Positions 9,480-19,580 of a DNA stretch of 64,000 nt are shown here, piece after piece; the first letter of the stretch is position 1; each line of letters begins with the position of its first letter. The DNA lies in NCBI GenBank assembly GCA_965218295.1, contig CBDCKN010000012.1:64001-128000 (forward strand), given 5' to 3'. Source of the stretch: Longimicrobiales bacterium. Its GTDB lineage: Bacteria; Gemmatimonadota; Gemmatimonadetes; Longimicrobiales; Gaopeijiaceae. Made by a program: the position numbers and the translations under genes. The notes below the pieces were generated by a model that made no database searches, was not told the DNA's origin, and saw only the letters and a list, made by a program, of their open reading frames with translations.

Positions 9480-9653
9480 GTAGACTGGGAGATCAGAGAA
9501 TCGCGGCGGCTGAACAAAGGGGTTGTGGCCATGCACAAGGGCGATACCCCTCCAGCGACGCTCCCGAAGGCTGTGAGGGACGAGAACGTGAAGGTGGTTC
9601 CATGGTCCCAACTCGCTGACGCGATCGAACAAGCCTCGAAGAATCGGTCATAG
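9480..9653 (+). pseudogene. C-terminal fragment of a ThsB/MTH538-like TIR-domain protein
   Basis: Manual translation VDWEIRESRRLNKGVVAMHKGDTPPATLPKAVRDENVKVVPWSQLADAIEQASKNRS* retains the WEI catalytic-Glu motif. Not in the ORF track. Confidence 0.65.
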
Positions 9654-9802
9654 TAAAGCCAGGCCATTCGGTACGGTGCCTGTCAGATAACCCTGACCCG
9701 AGCTTCGGGCCCATGTCGCTTCCGCGAGTAGTGCTGCGATGCTCAATGCGGGTGGAGGACTCGTACTCGAAGAGCATCTCAGGTGGGGGGTCGAGCGGAG
9801 CC

Positions 9803-11036
9803 TGTCAACGCCAGTGAGACACTCTTGGGAATTAATTAGAGAGCAATCTCCTGTGTCGTGAGGGAGGGGGTTGGAGGATTGATCCAGACGGCCTCCGGGA
9901 GCGGTTTGGGCTTCGGCTCACCGGAGACGAAGCGGTCGGGATGAGCGGCCCAGGCCTCGCGTAGCACGGCCTCCCTGCCGGCGATGACCTGATCGGCGTG
10001 ACCGAAGTGGACCTGTTCGGGGGTCAGCATCGAGATGCCGCCATGGCGGTGCTCGGCATTGTACCAGCGGAAGAACGAGCGACAGAACATTTTGGCCTGG
10101 CCCTGATCCTCGAACCGTCCAGGAAACGAGGGATGGTACTTCAAGGTCTTGAACTGGGCCTCGGAGAACGGATTGTCATCCGACACCTGAGGTCGGCTCA
10201 GCGAGCGGGTCACCCCGAGATCGGCGAGGAGCTGAGCCGTGCATTGGCTCGTCATCGGAGCTCCTCGATCCGAGTGCAAGGTCAGGACCTGGGGCTGGAC
10301 GCCATGCTTCAGGCAACTCTGCTGGATCAGGCGCCCGGCCAAGGCCGAGCTCTCCCGATCCGCCACCATCCATCCCACGATGTAGCGGCTGAAGATGTCC
10401 ATGATGACGTAGAGGTAGAAGTAGCTCCACTTCCTCGGCCCCAGCAGCCGTGTGATATCCCAGGACCAGACCTGGCCCGGGCCCGTCGCCATCAACTCGG
10501 GTTTCTGGTATTCGGGATGACTCCGCTGCGCTCGGCGCTCTCGAACTGGCACTTGGGAGGCCAGAACGCGATACATCGTACGTTCGCTGCACAGGTAGAC
10601 GTCTTCGTCGAGCAGGGTCGCCACAACCTCGGCCGGGGACCGGTCCACGAATCGCTCCGAACACAGCGTGTCGAAGACCTTGTCTCGTTCCTTCTCGCTC
10701 AAGGCCCGGGCTGGGGTCGGGCGGGGCTGCTGATGCCCGGTCGATGGCCTCCGACGACGATAGAACGTGGCTCGGGCGACCCTGAGCGCATCGCACGTGG
10801 GCTTTACCCCTACGTACGTGGCCAGCGCCTCGGCCGCCTTCACGAGTTCGTCCCGTCCTCGAGGCTCAATCCCAGCAGCCCTGCAACTTTTCCCTGGACG
10901 TCGATGATCAGGCGCGCCTTCTCGAGTTCCTTCTCCAGGCGAGTGTTCTCGCGCTCCAGCTTGCGCACTTTCCCCTCCAGCGGATTCCGTTCGCTCGGCT
11001 TTCGACCTCGTCTCTTCGACAGCACTCTCAGCGACC
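9803..11036 (-). mobile_element. Second, diverged IS3-family copy; left part lost
   Basis: IRR TGTCAACGCCAGTGAGACAC at 9803; intact orfB 9836-10843; only the 3' part of orfA remains. Confidence 0.88.
9836..10843 (-). CDS. IS3-family transposase OrfB
   Basis: Close paralogue of 1684-2691 with the same DDE motifs. Confidence 0.9.
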   Translation of the reverse strand: MKAAEALATYVGVKPTCDALRVARATFYRRRRPSTGHQQPRPTPARALSEKERDKVFDTLCSERFVDRSPAEVVATLLDEDVYLCSERTMYRVLASQVPVRERRAQRSHPEYQKPELMATGPGQVWSWDITRLLGPRKWSYFYLYVIMDIFSRYIVGWMVADRESSALAGRLIQQSCLKHGVQPQVLTLHSDRGAPMTSQCTAQLLADLGVTRSLSRPQVSDDNPFSEAQFKTLKYHPSFPGRFEDQGQAKMFCRSFFRWYNAEHRHGGISMLTPEQVHFGHADQVIAGREAVLREAWAAHPDRFVSGEPKPKPLPEAVWINPPTPSLTTQEIAL

Positions 11037-11543
11037 TGACCTAGCCCCCTGAAACGAGACCAGGTCCAGTGTTAGAATCTGGGCGGGTCGAGACCGGGAG
11101 GAGGTCGAGATGGCAGCACGGAAGAACTACACGGCAGCGCAGATCATCAACGGGCTACGGCGGGCGGAAGTGGGGCTCGCCAACGGGAAGTCGCTGAAAG
11201 AGGTGATCCGGGATCTAGGGGTGAGCGAGCAGACGTACTACCGGTGGCGGAGGGAGTACGGGGGGATGAAGACGAGTCAGGCGAAGCGTCTGAAGGAGCT
11301 CGAGAAGGAGAACCATCGACTGAAGCGGGCGGTGGCCGATCTGACGGTGGACAAGATGATCCTGAAGGAAGCGTCAAAGGGAAACTTCTAAGCCCCGAGC
11401 GGCGGAGGCGCTGTGTGGTGCGGGTCCAGCAGCGGCTCGGGGTGAGCGAGAGGCGAGCGTGCGAGGTGTTGGGCCAGGCTCGATCGACACAACGGAGGAG
11501 TCGGAAGAGAGGGGCTGATGAAGCGGCGCTACGAGCGGACGTG

Positions 11544-13000
11544 GATGGTGTCCCGCTGACAGTTGAAGGTGGTGGCTCCGGAGAGTCTCCTTGTTAGCCT
11601 GCCTTTCTCATTTCGGCAACCGGTTCATGGTCGTCGAGGTGGGCCCTGAGCATCCAGAGCTGGTCGTAGCCGATGATCCTCCGGTAGCTCTTCTCGGTCT
11701 CCACGAACGAGGCCGCAGCCCAGCGCAAGGCCATCGCTCCGTTCTTCCAGTTGGTCACCCTGCGGGTCTTCTGTCTTACGCCCGAGTGGGTGCTGTCGAT
11801 CAGGTTGGTCGAGCCCAGGCACTTCCTCAGCCGCGGCGGGAGGCCGAGCCGGTTGATCGTGAACATCTCGCTGAGGCCTTCGCGTAGGCTGGCCGAGGCC
11901 GAGGGGTGGTCGCGCTCGAGCCATCGGGCGAGCTGCTCGAGCTTCTGCTCGCCCTGCTTCGCGTCCAGCTTCATCGCCGCCCGGAACGCCGCCTTCACCT
12001 GAGGATGCTGATCCTTCGGCAGATGACCCAGCACGTTGCGGAGCTTGTGGTTGCGGCAGCGCTGGATGGGGTGACGTTGGCCGAACACCTTCTCGATCGC
12101 CTTCCTGAGCGCTTTCGAGCCATCGATCACGAACAGCCGCCGCCTGCCCGGGTCCAGGCCGCGCTCGACCAGATCCTCTAGGAGCGCCCCGGTCACCTCG
12201 GCGTTCTCACTCGCTCCTTCCCTCACGCCCAGCACGTGCTTCTTTCCGTCTGAGTCCACGCCTACCGCAGCAAGCACGTGGTGCGAGCCCATCTGGATCC
12301 CGTCCAGGTAGATCACCAGGAGGTCCCACGCATCCAGCCGGCGCTCCATCAGCTCCTTCAGCACGCGCTCCGAGGCCTCGACCGTCTCACGGCTCACCGC
12401 CGACTTGCTCACCCCGACCGTGTCGGCCATCTCACCGATCACACGGCCGTACTTCCGCGTGCTCACCCCCGCCATCAGGACCTCGAGCATCCGATCCGCC
12501 ACGGCGCCCGGTCTCCGCATCGCTGCGTACGCCGGCACCTCGACCTCGCCACCCTCCCCGGCGCCCCGGCGCCTGAGCCGTGGCCGCTCCACACGCACCT
12601 TCCGGTCCGACAGGTAAACCACACCACCCTGCCGGCCATACCACACCGTGTCGTCTTCCGCTCGTGACCGACCTGCCTGCTTCACGCCTGCCACACCCTC
12701 GGCGCTCATCTCCAGCACCGCTTCGATCGTCGCTCGTCCCATCACCTGGATGACTTCGTCGATCGCGACCTCCGTCTGCTCCACGAGCTCAAGCATCGGA
12801 AGCAGAAACTGCCCCTCCCGCTTCAGGAACTCCCTGATCGCGCGCTTGTCCGCCCGATCCCTTACCTCGTACGTTCTCTTCATCGTGGTGGCTCCGTGTT
12901 GGGGTTTTTGCCTACCCGAGCCTATCGGCCCGGGACCCCCGGAGCCACCACTTTTCTTTCTCCCCTATCAGGAACCTTCAACTACGGTTGGGACAGCTTC
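11544..13000 (-). mobile_element. IS256-family element, copy 1 (1457 bp)
   Basis: IRs GATGGTGTCCCGCTGACAGTTGAAGGT / GAAGCTGTCCCAACCGTAGTTGAAGGT; 8-bp target duplication CGGACGTG at 11536-11543 and 13001-13008. Confidence 0.93.
11594..12883 (-). CDS. IS256-family transposase
   Basis: GVSTRK, YLDG, FVIDGSKAL, QRCRNHKLRN, STNLIDS motifs. Confidence 0.92.
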   Translation of the reverse strand: MKRTYEVRDRADKRAIREFLKREGQFLLPMLELVEQTEVAIDEVIQVMGRATIEAVLEMSAEGVAGVKQAGRSRAEDDTVWYGRQGGVVYLSDRKVRVERPRLRRRGAGEGGEVEVPAYAAMRRPGAVADRMLEVLMAGVSTRKYGRVIGEMADTVGVSKSAVSRETVEASERVLKELMERRLDAWDLLVIYLDGIQMGSHHVLAAVGVDSDGKKHVLGVREGASENAEVTGALLEDLVERGLDPGRRRLFVIDGSKALRKAIEKVFGQRHPIQRCRNHKLRNVLGHLPKDQHPQVKAAFRAAMKLDAKQGEQKLEQLARWLERDHPSASASLREGLSEMFTINRLGLPPRLRKCLGSTNLIDSTHSGVRQKTRRVTNWKNGAMALRWAAASFVETEKSYRRIIGYDQLWMLRAHLDDHEPVAEMRKAG

Positions 13001-13955
13001 CGGACGTGGTCAAGGTGGCGGGTCGGTTCGGTCGCTACGGGTACCGGATGGTTACAGGGATGTTGAGGGCGGAGGGCTGGGTGGTGAACCACAAGCGGGT
13101 GGAGCGGATCTGGAGAGAGGAGGGCCTGAAAGTGCCCAAGAAACAGCCCAAACGGGGCCGGCTCTGGTTTACGGACGGCTCATGCATCCGGCTTCGACCC
13201 TTGTACCGCCATCACGTCTGGGCGTATGACTTCGTGGCGGATCGGACGCACGACGGTCGGCCGCTGAAGATGCTGACGGTGTTGGATGAATACAGCCGGG
13301 AGTGTCTGGCGATCGTAGTGGCCCGAAGGCTCAGGGCGGACGATGTGTTGCAGACGCTCAGTGAGCTCTTTGTCGAGCATGGTCCACCGGCCAATCTCCG
13401 GTCCGACAACGGTCCGGAGTTCACGGCCAAGGTGGTTCGTGAGTGGCTCGAGCGGGTCGAGGTGAAGACGCTGTATATCGAGCCGGGTAGCCCGTGGGAG
13501 AATGGCTACAACGAAAGCTTCAACGGGACGCTGGGCGAAGAAGTCCTGAAGCGGGAGATCTTCTACTCGTTGGAGGAGGCGAAAGTGCTCATCGAACAGT
13601 GGCGGCGGGAGTACAACACCATCCGACCCCACAGCTCGCTCCGCTACCGACCACCGGCCCCCGAAGCGCTACGGCCCGATCCCTTCTTCTTGAATCTGCC
13701 CAAGCTTAACGGCCCTCACCCCAGGCTGCAGGAGGCCGTTGGACTAACACAGTAGGTGGTACCACTATTGGGGGCCGGTCAGTGACGAGCCTCTAGTTCG
13801 TCGTTTTCTCCTTTGCTTTAGCCGTCCTTCTCCGGAGGGTCGAGGAGCTCGGCTCCGCAGGAGGCGAGTGGAGCGCTTTGGAGAGCTCCGTATGGTGACG
13901 CATGCGGTAGCTGTTGCCGCGGATGTTGACGATGTGGCAGTGGTGCAGGAGCCGG

Positions 13956-15412
13956 GATGGTGTCCCGCTGACAGTTGAAGGTGGTGGCTCCGGAGAGTCT
14001 CCTTGTTAGCCTGCCTTTCTCATTTCGGCAACCGGTTCATGGTCGTCGAGGTGGGCCCTGAGCATCCAGAGCTGGTCGTAGCCGATGATCCTCCGGTAGC
14101 TCTTCTCGGTCTCCACGAACGAGGCCGCAGCCCAGCGCAAGGCCATCGCTCCGTTCTTCCAGTTGGTCACCCTGCGGGTCTTCTGTCTTACGCCCGAGTG
14201 GGTGCTGTCGATCAGGTTGGTCGAGCCCAGGCACTTCCTCAGCCGCGGCGGGAGGCCGAGCCGGTTGATCGTGAACATCTCGCTGAGGCCTTCGCGTAGG
14301 CTGGCCGAGGCCGAGGGGTGGTCGCGCTCGAGCCATCGGGCGAGCTGCTCGAGCTTCTGCTCGCCCTGCTTCGCGTCCAGCTTCATCGCCGCCCGGAACG
14401 CCGCCTTCACCTGAGGATGCTGATCCTTCGGCAGATGACCCAGCACGTTGCGGAGCTTGTGGTTGCGGCAGCGCTGGATGGGGTGACGTTGGCCGAACAC
14501 CTTCTCGATCGCCTTCCTGAGCGCTTTCGAGCCATCGATCACGAACAGCCGCCGCCTGCCCGGGTCCAGGCCGCGCTCGACCAGATCCTCTAGGAGCGCC
14601 CCGGTCACCTCGGCGTTCTCACTCGCTCCTTCCCTCACGCCCAGCACGTGCTTCTTTCCGTCTGAGTCCACGCCTACCGCAGCAAGCACGTGGTGCGAGC
14701 CCATCTGGATCCCGTCCAGGTAGATCACCAGGAGGTCCCACGCATCCAGCCGGCGCTCCATCAGCTCCTTCAGCACGCGCTCCGAGGCCTCGACCGTCTC
14801 ACGGCTCACCGCCGACTTGCTCACCCCGACCGTGTCGGCCATCTCACCGATCACACGGCCGTACTTCCGCGTGCTCACCCCCGCCATCAGGACCTCGAGC
14901 ATCCGATCCGCCACGGCGCCCGGTCTCCGCATCGCTGCGTACGCCGGCACCTCGACCTCGCCACCCTCCCCGGCGCCCCGGCGCCTGAGCCGTGGCCGCT
15001 CCACACGCACCTTCCGGTCCGACAGGTAAACCACACCACCCTGCCGGCCATACCACACCGTGTCGTCTTCCGCTCGTGACCGACCTGCCTGCTTCACGCC
15101 TGCCACACCCTCGGCGCTCATCTCCAGCACCGCTTCGATCGTCGCTCGTCCCATCACCTGGATGACTTCGTCGATCGCGACCTCCGTCTGCTCCACGAGC
15201 TCAAGCATCGGAAGCAGAAACTGCCCCTCCCGCTTCAGGAACTCCCTGATCGCGCGCTTGTCCGCCCGATCCCTTACCTCGTACGTTCTCTTCATCGTGG
15301 TGGCTCCGTGTTGGGGTTTTTGCCTACCCGAGCCTATCGGCCCGGGACCCCCGGAGCCACCACTTTTCTTTCTCCCCTATCAGGAACCTTCAACTACGGT
15401 TGGGACAGCTTC
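13956..15412 (-). mobile_element. IS256-family element, copy 2 (1457 bp)
   Basis: Same IRs and the same protein as copy 1; target duplication GGAGCCGG / GAAGCCGG (one mismatch). Confidence 0.93.
14006..15295 (-). CDS. IS256-family transposase
   Basis: Translation identical to 11594-12883. Confidence 0.92.
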   Translation of the reverse strand: MKRTYEVRDRADKRAIREFLKREGQFLLPMLELVEQTEVAIDEVIQVMGRATIEAVLEMSAEGVAGVKQAGRSRAEDDTVWYGRQGGVVYLSDRKVRVERPRLRRRGAGEGGEVEVPAYAAMRRPGAVADRMLEVLMAGVSTRKYGRVIGEMADTVGVSKSAVSRETVEASERVLKELMERRLDAWDLLVIYLDGIQMGSHHVLAAVGVDSDGKKHVLGVREGASENAEVTGALLEDLVERGLDPGRRRLFVIDGSKALRKAIEKVFGQRHPIQRCRNHKLRNVLGHLPKDQHPQVKAAFRAAMKLDAKQGEQKLEQLARWLERDHPSASASLREGLSEMFTINRLGLPPRLRKCLGSTNLIDSTHSGVRQKTRRVTNWKNGAMALRWAAASFVETEKSYRRIIGYDQLWMLRAHLDDHEPVAEMRKAG

Positions 15413-16096
15413 GAAGCCGGTCGATGAGCGCCGCAGCCATGACCTCGTCGCCCAGGATCTGGCCCCACTCCTCGAAGCCCTTATTGGACGTGAGCACAGT
15501 GGATGCGTGCTCGTAGCGCCGGTTGATCAGCTGGAAGAAGAACATCGCGCCGGTCTGGCTGACCGGTAGGTAGCCGATCTCGTCGACGACCAGGAGCGAA
15601 GGGTAGGTCAGGATCTTGAGGCGGTGTCCCAGCCGGCCCGCGGCTTTGGCTTCTTCCAGCGAGGTGATGAGGTCGGCCAGGGCGCCGTAGTAGACCCTGC
15701 GGCCACTCTGGGCTGCGGCGATGGCCAGGCTGATCGCCAGATGCGTTTTGCCGACGCCCGGAGGGCCGAGGAAGATCACGTTCTCCTTCCGCTCCAGGAA
15801 GCCGAGCTCGTGGAGACTGTCGATCTGCTCGCGCTTGATCGAGGGCTGGAAGGTGAAGTCGAAGTCCTCGAGCAACTTGATGGCCGGCAGCCGGCTGGAG
15901 CGCATGGCGACTTGGAGGCGCCGGTTGTTGCGCAGCGTGATCTGGGCACCGAGGAGTTGCTCGATCGCCTCTGAGGCCGTGACCCCTCCGCCATCGACTC
16001 CGGTGAGGACCTCGTCCAGTGCCTCCAGCGCACCGGGCATCTTGAGATCGGCGAGCTGGGCCCGGATCCGGTCGCGGCGTGAGCGAGCGCCGGCCT

Positions 16097-16625
16097 TCAT
16101 CGTCCACCTCCCGTCACCTGGGCGTAGGCCTCCAGCGACCGACGCTCTACGGCGATGCGGGGAAGGACAGCCTTGGCCCGCCTCTTCGCCTCGGGCGGCA
16201 AGACGAAGGACCGGTACGGGCGCGAGGCCAGGGGCCCCAACACGTCTTGCTCACGCTCGAGGCGATCGACGGGTCGCTCCTTCAGCGTGCCATGGACGCG
16301 GACGTTGGCCACGTGATCGAGCCAGTGGCGGGCCTGACGGTTGAGATCCTCGTCCGACGTGAAGGTCCGACCGTAGAAGAAGCTCGAACGGACGTAACTC
16401 ACCGGTCGCTCGACCTTGCCTTTGGTCCGGGCCCGGTAGGGCCTGCATGCCCGGATCCGGAAGCCATGATGGTTCGCGAAGCGCAGGAACTCGGTGTTCT
16501 CAGTGAGGCGACCTCCGTCGTCTCGCTCACCCCTGATGATGACGGCCTTCATCTGGTCGAACAGCAACTCTCGGGGCACGCCGCCGAAGAAGGCGAACGC
16601 CCCCTCCAGACCCTCGAAGACCTCC
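16097..16625 (-). pseudogene. istA: IS21-family transposase IstA, C-terminal half
   Basis: AFAFFGGVPRELLFDQMK, ACRPYRARTKGKVERPV, ANVRVHGT. Confidence 0.88.
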
Positions 16626-16973
16626 CCACCCGTAGCGCTGACGCAGATCCACGACGTGTTCCACGACACCTTCCGCTACGGCATGCGGGCAGTGGTGGGG
16701 CCGGTGAGAGCGGTCGTGGAGTCCCTCGAATCCCTCCGCGAGGAACCGTGTCCACCACTTGTATCCGGCGGCCCTGCTGATGCTGTAGCGCCTACAGGAC
16801 TCGGCGAAACCGAAGGTGCGTTGCTGAACTTCGAGGATGAAACGTACTCTTTGCTCGTACATGGTCGACTGGTTCCAGTCCATCGGGCTCTCCTTGTTGC
16901 AGAACCCTGGTTGATAGGAACCTGTCAACCATCAGTGTAGGCCATTGTGTAAACCATCAGGGGTAGGCTGTAC
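16626..16973 (-). mobile_element. IS481-family fragment (left end plus transposase N-terminus) fused to istA by deletion
   Basis: EQRVRFI...CRRYSISRAAGYKWWTRF...GLHDRSHRPH; repeated TGT(C/A)AACCATCAG subterminal motifs at 16923-16960. Confidence 0.75.
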
Positions 16974-17060
16974 CACCGCTCCGTCTAACCCCCGATTGCT
17001 ACTAGCGCGATACCGGGCGGGTCACGCTTCGATCTGTTCGTGCGTCCGGAGACTCGGAAT

Positions 17061-17223
17061 TCCCCTCCAATCCGCCGAGTTCCCGCCAGGCAACCCGAGT
17101 TTTTGGGGCCCCGCTTGGGGTCCCGTAGGGCCCTTTTCGGCCCCAGCTCACCGACACAAAAAAAGGCAGGAAGCCCAGGCAGTACTGGGCTTCCGCCCAA
17201 TGAGCCGGGTGGGTCTCGAGCCC
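17061..17223. repeat. tRNA-linked att-like element, copy B, with terminator and a tRNA 3'-end-like fragment
   Basis: Aligns with 19581-19743. Contains hairpin GGAAGCCCAG/CTGGGCTTCC next to an A-run, then TGAGCCGGGTGGGTCTCGAGCCC in the position of the tRNA acceptor/T arm. Confidence 0.8.
17158..17194 (-). terminator. Rho-independent terminator
   Basis: Perfect 10-bp stem GGAAGCCCAG...CTGGGCTTCC followed on the minus strand, after a few bases, by a T-run. Confidence 0.6.
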
Positions 17224-17337
17224 TATTCGACATGCGTGGCGGACATGAGGGAAACTTCCCTACGCTTATCCTCGCACTATCTCTGACCCCGCCGAGAGGC
17301 GGCAACCGCATTGTTATGTGCCGTTCGTGGCCACTGC

Positions 17338-17862
17338 TCATCTCGCCGCTTCCGCCGACCCTCGGACACTGTCGAGCCCTCGCCATACAGTGATTACGAT
17401 CCAGGGGACCCGGTCCGTAATGCGGTTTCGCACGACGATCTCCCTCCACGGACCCAGGGACGGCTCACCGCCCTTTTCGGTCAGGTCCACGACGAGCGCG
17501 TGATCTTCGTCCGCTGGCAAGTCGCTCTCCGGTATCTCGAATACTTGGTCGAATTCCTCAGCTACGCATGGAACTGGAGATGAAGCCTGTGCCGGCGGAA
17601 GAGCCAACGCGAAGATGGTCTCGACTCCGCGGAACGAAGCATCTGGTCGTTGAAGTTGAGCGGCAAAGTGCTTCCAGCCATAACTGCGTAGATGCCTCTC
17701 CCCACTCTCGTGATAACTCGCATGAACGTCCCGAGTCGTCTCCGCCGTCTGAATCAGGAAGTAGACGTCACCGCTCCGAGATCTACGAACACGGGCAAGA
17801 AGCCATAAGCCGATGTCGTTCCGCACCGCGATGCCATACATCTCACCGTCGGTTCCCTTCAT
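17338..17862 (-). CDS. Hypothetical protein, possible integron gene cassette
   Basis: 174-aa ORF with RBS GGAG. On the minus strand, GTTATGTGCC lies upstream (17890-17899) and its inverse GGCACATAAC downstream (17313-17322). Confidence 0.6.
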   Translation of the reverse strand: MKGTDGEMYGIAVRNDIGLWLLARVRRSRSGDVYFLIQTAETTRDVHASYHESGERHLRSYGWKHFAAQLQRPDASFRGVETIFALALPPAQASSPVPCVAEEFDQVFEIPESDLPADEDHALVVDLTEKGGEPSLGPWREIVVRNRITDRVPWIVITVWRGLDSVRGSAEAAR

Positions 17863-18149
17863 GGCTCAACTCCAGTCAGCCAGGCGAATGGCACATAACG
17901 GGCCCGGGCTTCCGAACCGGCAACCGAATGCTCCTGGGTCAGCTCTCTTCGATGATTGCTCCACCGTTCGTCACCACCCGACCGCTCGAGCCGGTTTCTC
18001 CGGAGCGGCCGAAGGCCGCGCAGGCGGAACCCGTTTCGTTATCTGACGGCGCCACCATGACCCGTCTTTAAGTCACCTTTCACCGGTGGCTGTGGCGGGT
18101 ACGGACGCCTCTCCCCTTTGGGCCCTTGCCTCTCCAAGCCGACGGATCG

Positions 18150-19177
18150 CTACAAGAAAGCGACGATCTCTATGGGCGCTCCTACACCTCGCAGAGCGAC
18201 CGCGCCCATGGGTTCCGGAGTCAGCTCAGCGGGGAGATCGAGGCCGTCGAGCAGGGAGCGGGACGCCAGAAATCGTCGACCAAGACGACTACATTCCCCT
18301 TGAATCCGCGCGGTCACGTTCAACACCTCACCGTTGAACGCGATCTCCTTCTTCAGATCCACCATTTGTGCCGCGATCACCTCACCGGAGTGCAAAGCTG
18401 CCTTGAAATCGGGGACGGCCCCGTACCGCTTCAGGTACCGGTCGGCGTTCGCGCGGACCGCTTCATCGATCTGGAAGAACGCCCGGACGCAGTTGGCGTC
18501 TTCTACTCCCCGGTCGAGTTTCCACGTGATTACGACTTGGTCTCCCACGTATTCGTAGATCTCTCGCCGCGCGTATCCAACACGGGCCCTGACACGTCGT
18601 GGAAGAAGTCGTTGACTAGCCCGTAATAAGCCTCAAGCGAGAGACGCTCGGAGAGTTCGGTAGAACTCGTGATGTCGACGAACATGAAGACCCGCTGCTC
18701 TCGCCGCGGACGGTGGTACCGACCGATGACATAGCGCAGCAACACGCCGGGTCCGAGAAGGCGGTCCAGCTGCCGTAGAAAGATGATCACCATGTATAAC
18801 AGGAACGCCGTAGCCATCGTGGCGAGATTCCGGGGCAAGAACTCGACAAACTGGTCGAACGTGCGGCCTTCGAGCATGCCGAAGATCATTCCTAGGCCCA
18901 GGACGATTGCGGCCAGTGCGGCGACGTAGGTCACGGTCTTGAGAAGGACCGCGGCCCCGAACGGGAGGCGACGGAAACGCTCTGACAGGGCCGAAGACTC
19001 GAGGACGATCAGCGGTAGGGCCAGGAGCACCCCGAAGAACGTGACGGTCAGGGGCTCACGCGGCGCGATCTCGGGTGCTAGGTACCACCTGACGTTGTCC
19101 CACGTGAGCGCCACAATCACAAAGAAGACGATGACAGGGACAGCGTCCCGCAGGTGACGTGCCAATCTTGGACTCAT
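18150..19177 (-). pseudogene. Membrane-bound class III adenylate/guanylate cyclase, frameshifted near 18562
   Basis: Four TM segments; FMFVDITSST; GEIYEYVGDQVVITW split by an extra AG; AALHSGEV; IAFNGEVLNVTARIQ. Confidence 0.85.
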
Positions 19178-19580
19178 GGTCGGTATCCCTCCAGCTTCAC
19201 CCAAGCGGCAAGAAGACAGAACGAGTCTTGGGTTCAATAGTTGTTGGAGTAGACCGTGAATTAGGTCCCAACCAACTCCAAAGACGACGCCCTTGACTAG
19301 CACTGCCGAAGTCCGGCGTCAATCAGACGTACTCCAGGCGCTCCGCGCCCAGGACGAACCCGCGCGCGTTCGCGCTGTCGGATAACTCGTTGTTTGCGTA
19401 GCCTCATGTCGCCTTCCGCTCCCACCATAAGGGGTTTCGCGACGGAGGTGTCTGTTCAGCGTCGTCCCCGTGGGAAGGCCCGCGTGTGCTCCCGCCCGCG
19501 ACCTCAGACATGGCAGGACGTCCCCAGGGCGTCTTGTGCCGAGACTGGTCGCCCCTTTCCCGCCGCCAGAAACGCGCAGT

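Larger units (their letters stand above)
11037..13781 (+). mobile_element. IS3-family (IS407-group) element interrupted by IS256
   Basis: Ends TGACCTAGCCCCC ... GGGGGCCGGTCA; orfA 11110-11391; GGGAAAC at 11379-11385; orfB split into ~11388-11543 and 13001-13755 (WAYDFV, RSDNGPEF, SPWENGYNESFNG). Confidence 0.88.
13793..16100 (-). pseudogene. istB: IS21-family helper ATPase IstB, interrupted by IS256 copy 2
   Basis: Walker A GPPGVGKT, LVVDEIGY, TSNK, AALIDRL. The frame resumes after the IS as LHHCHIVNIRGNSYR and stops at 13793. Confidence 0.9.

Noticed and set aside
11544..15412. Composite transposon formed by the two IS256 copies
   Set aside because: Each copy has its own target duplication, so they inserted independently.
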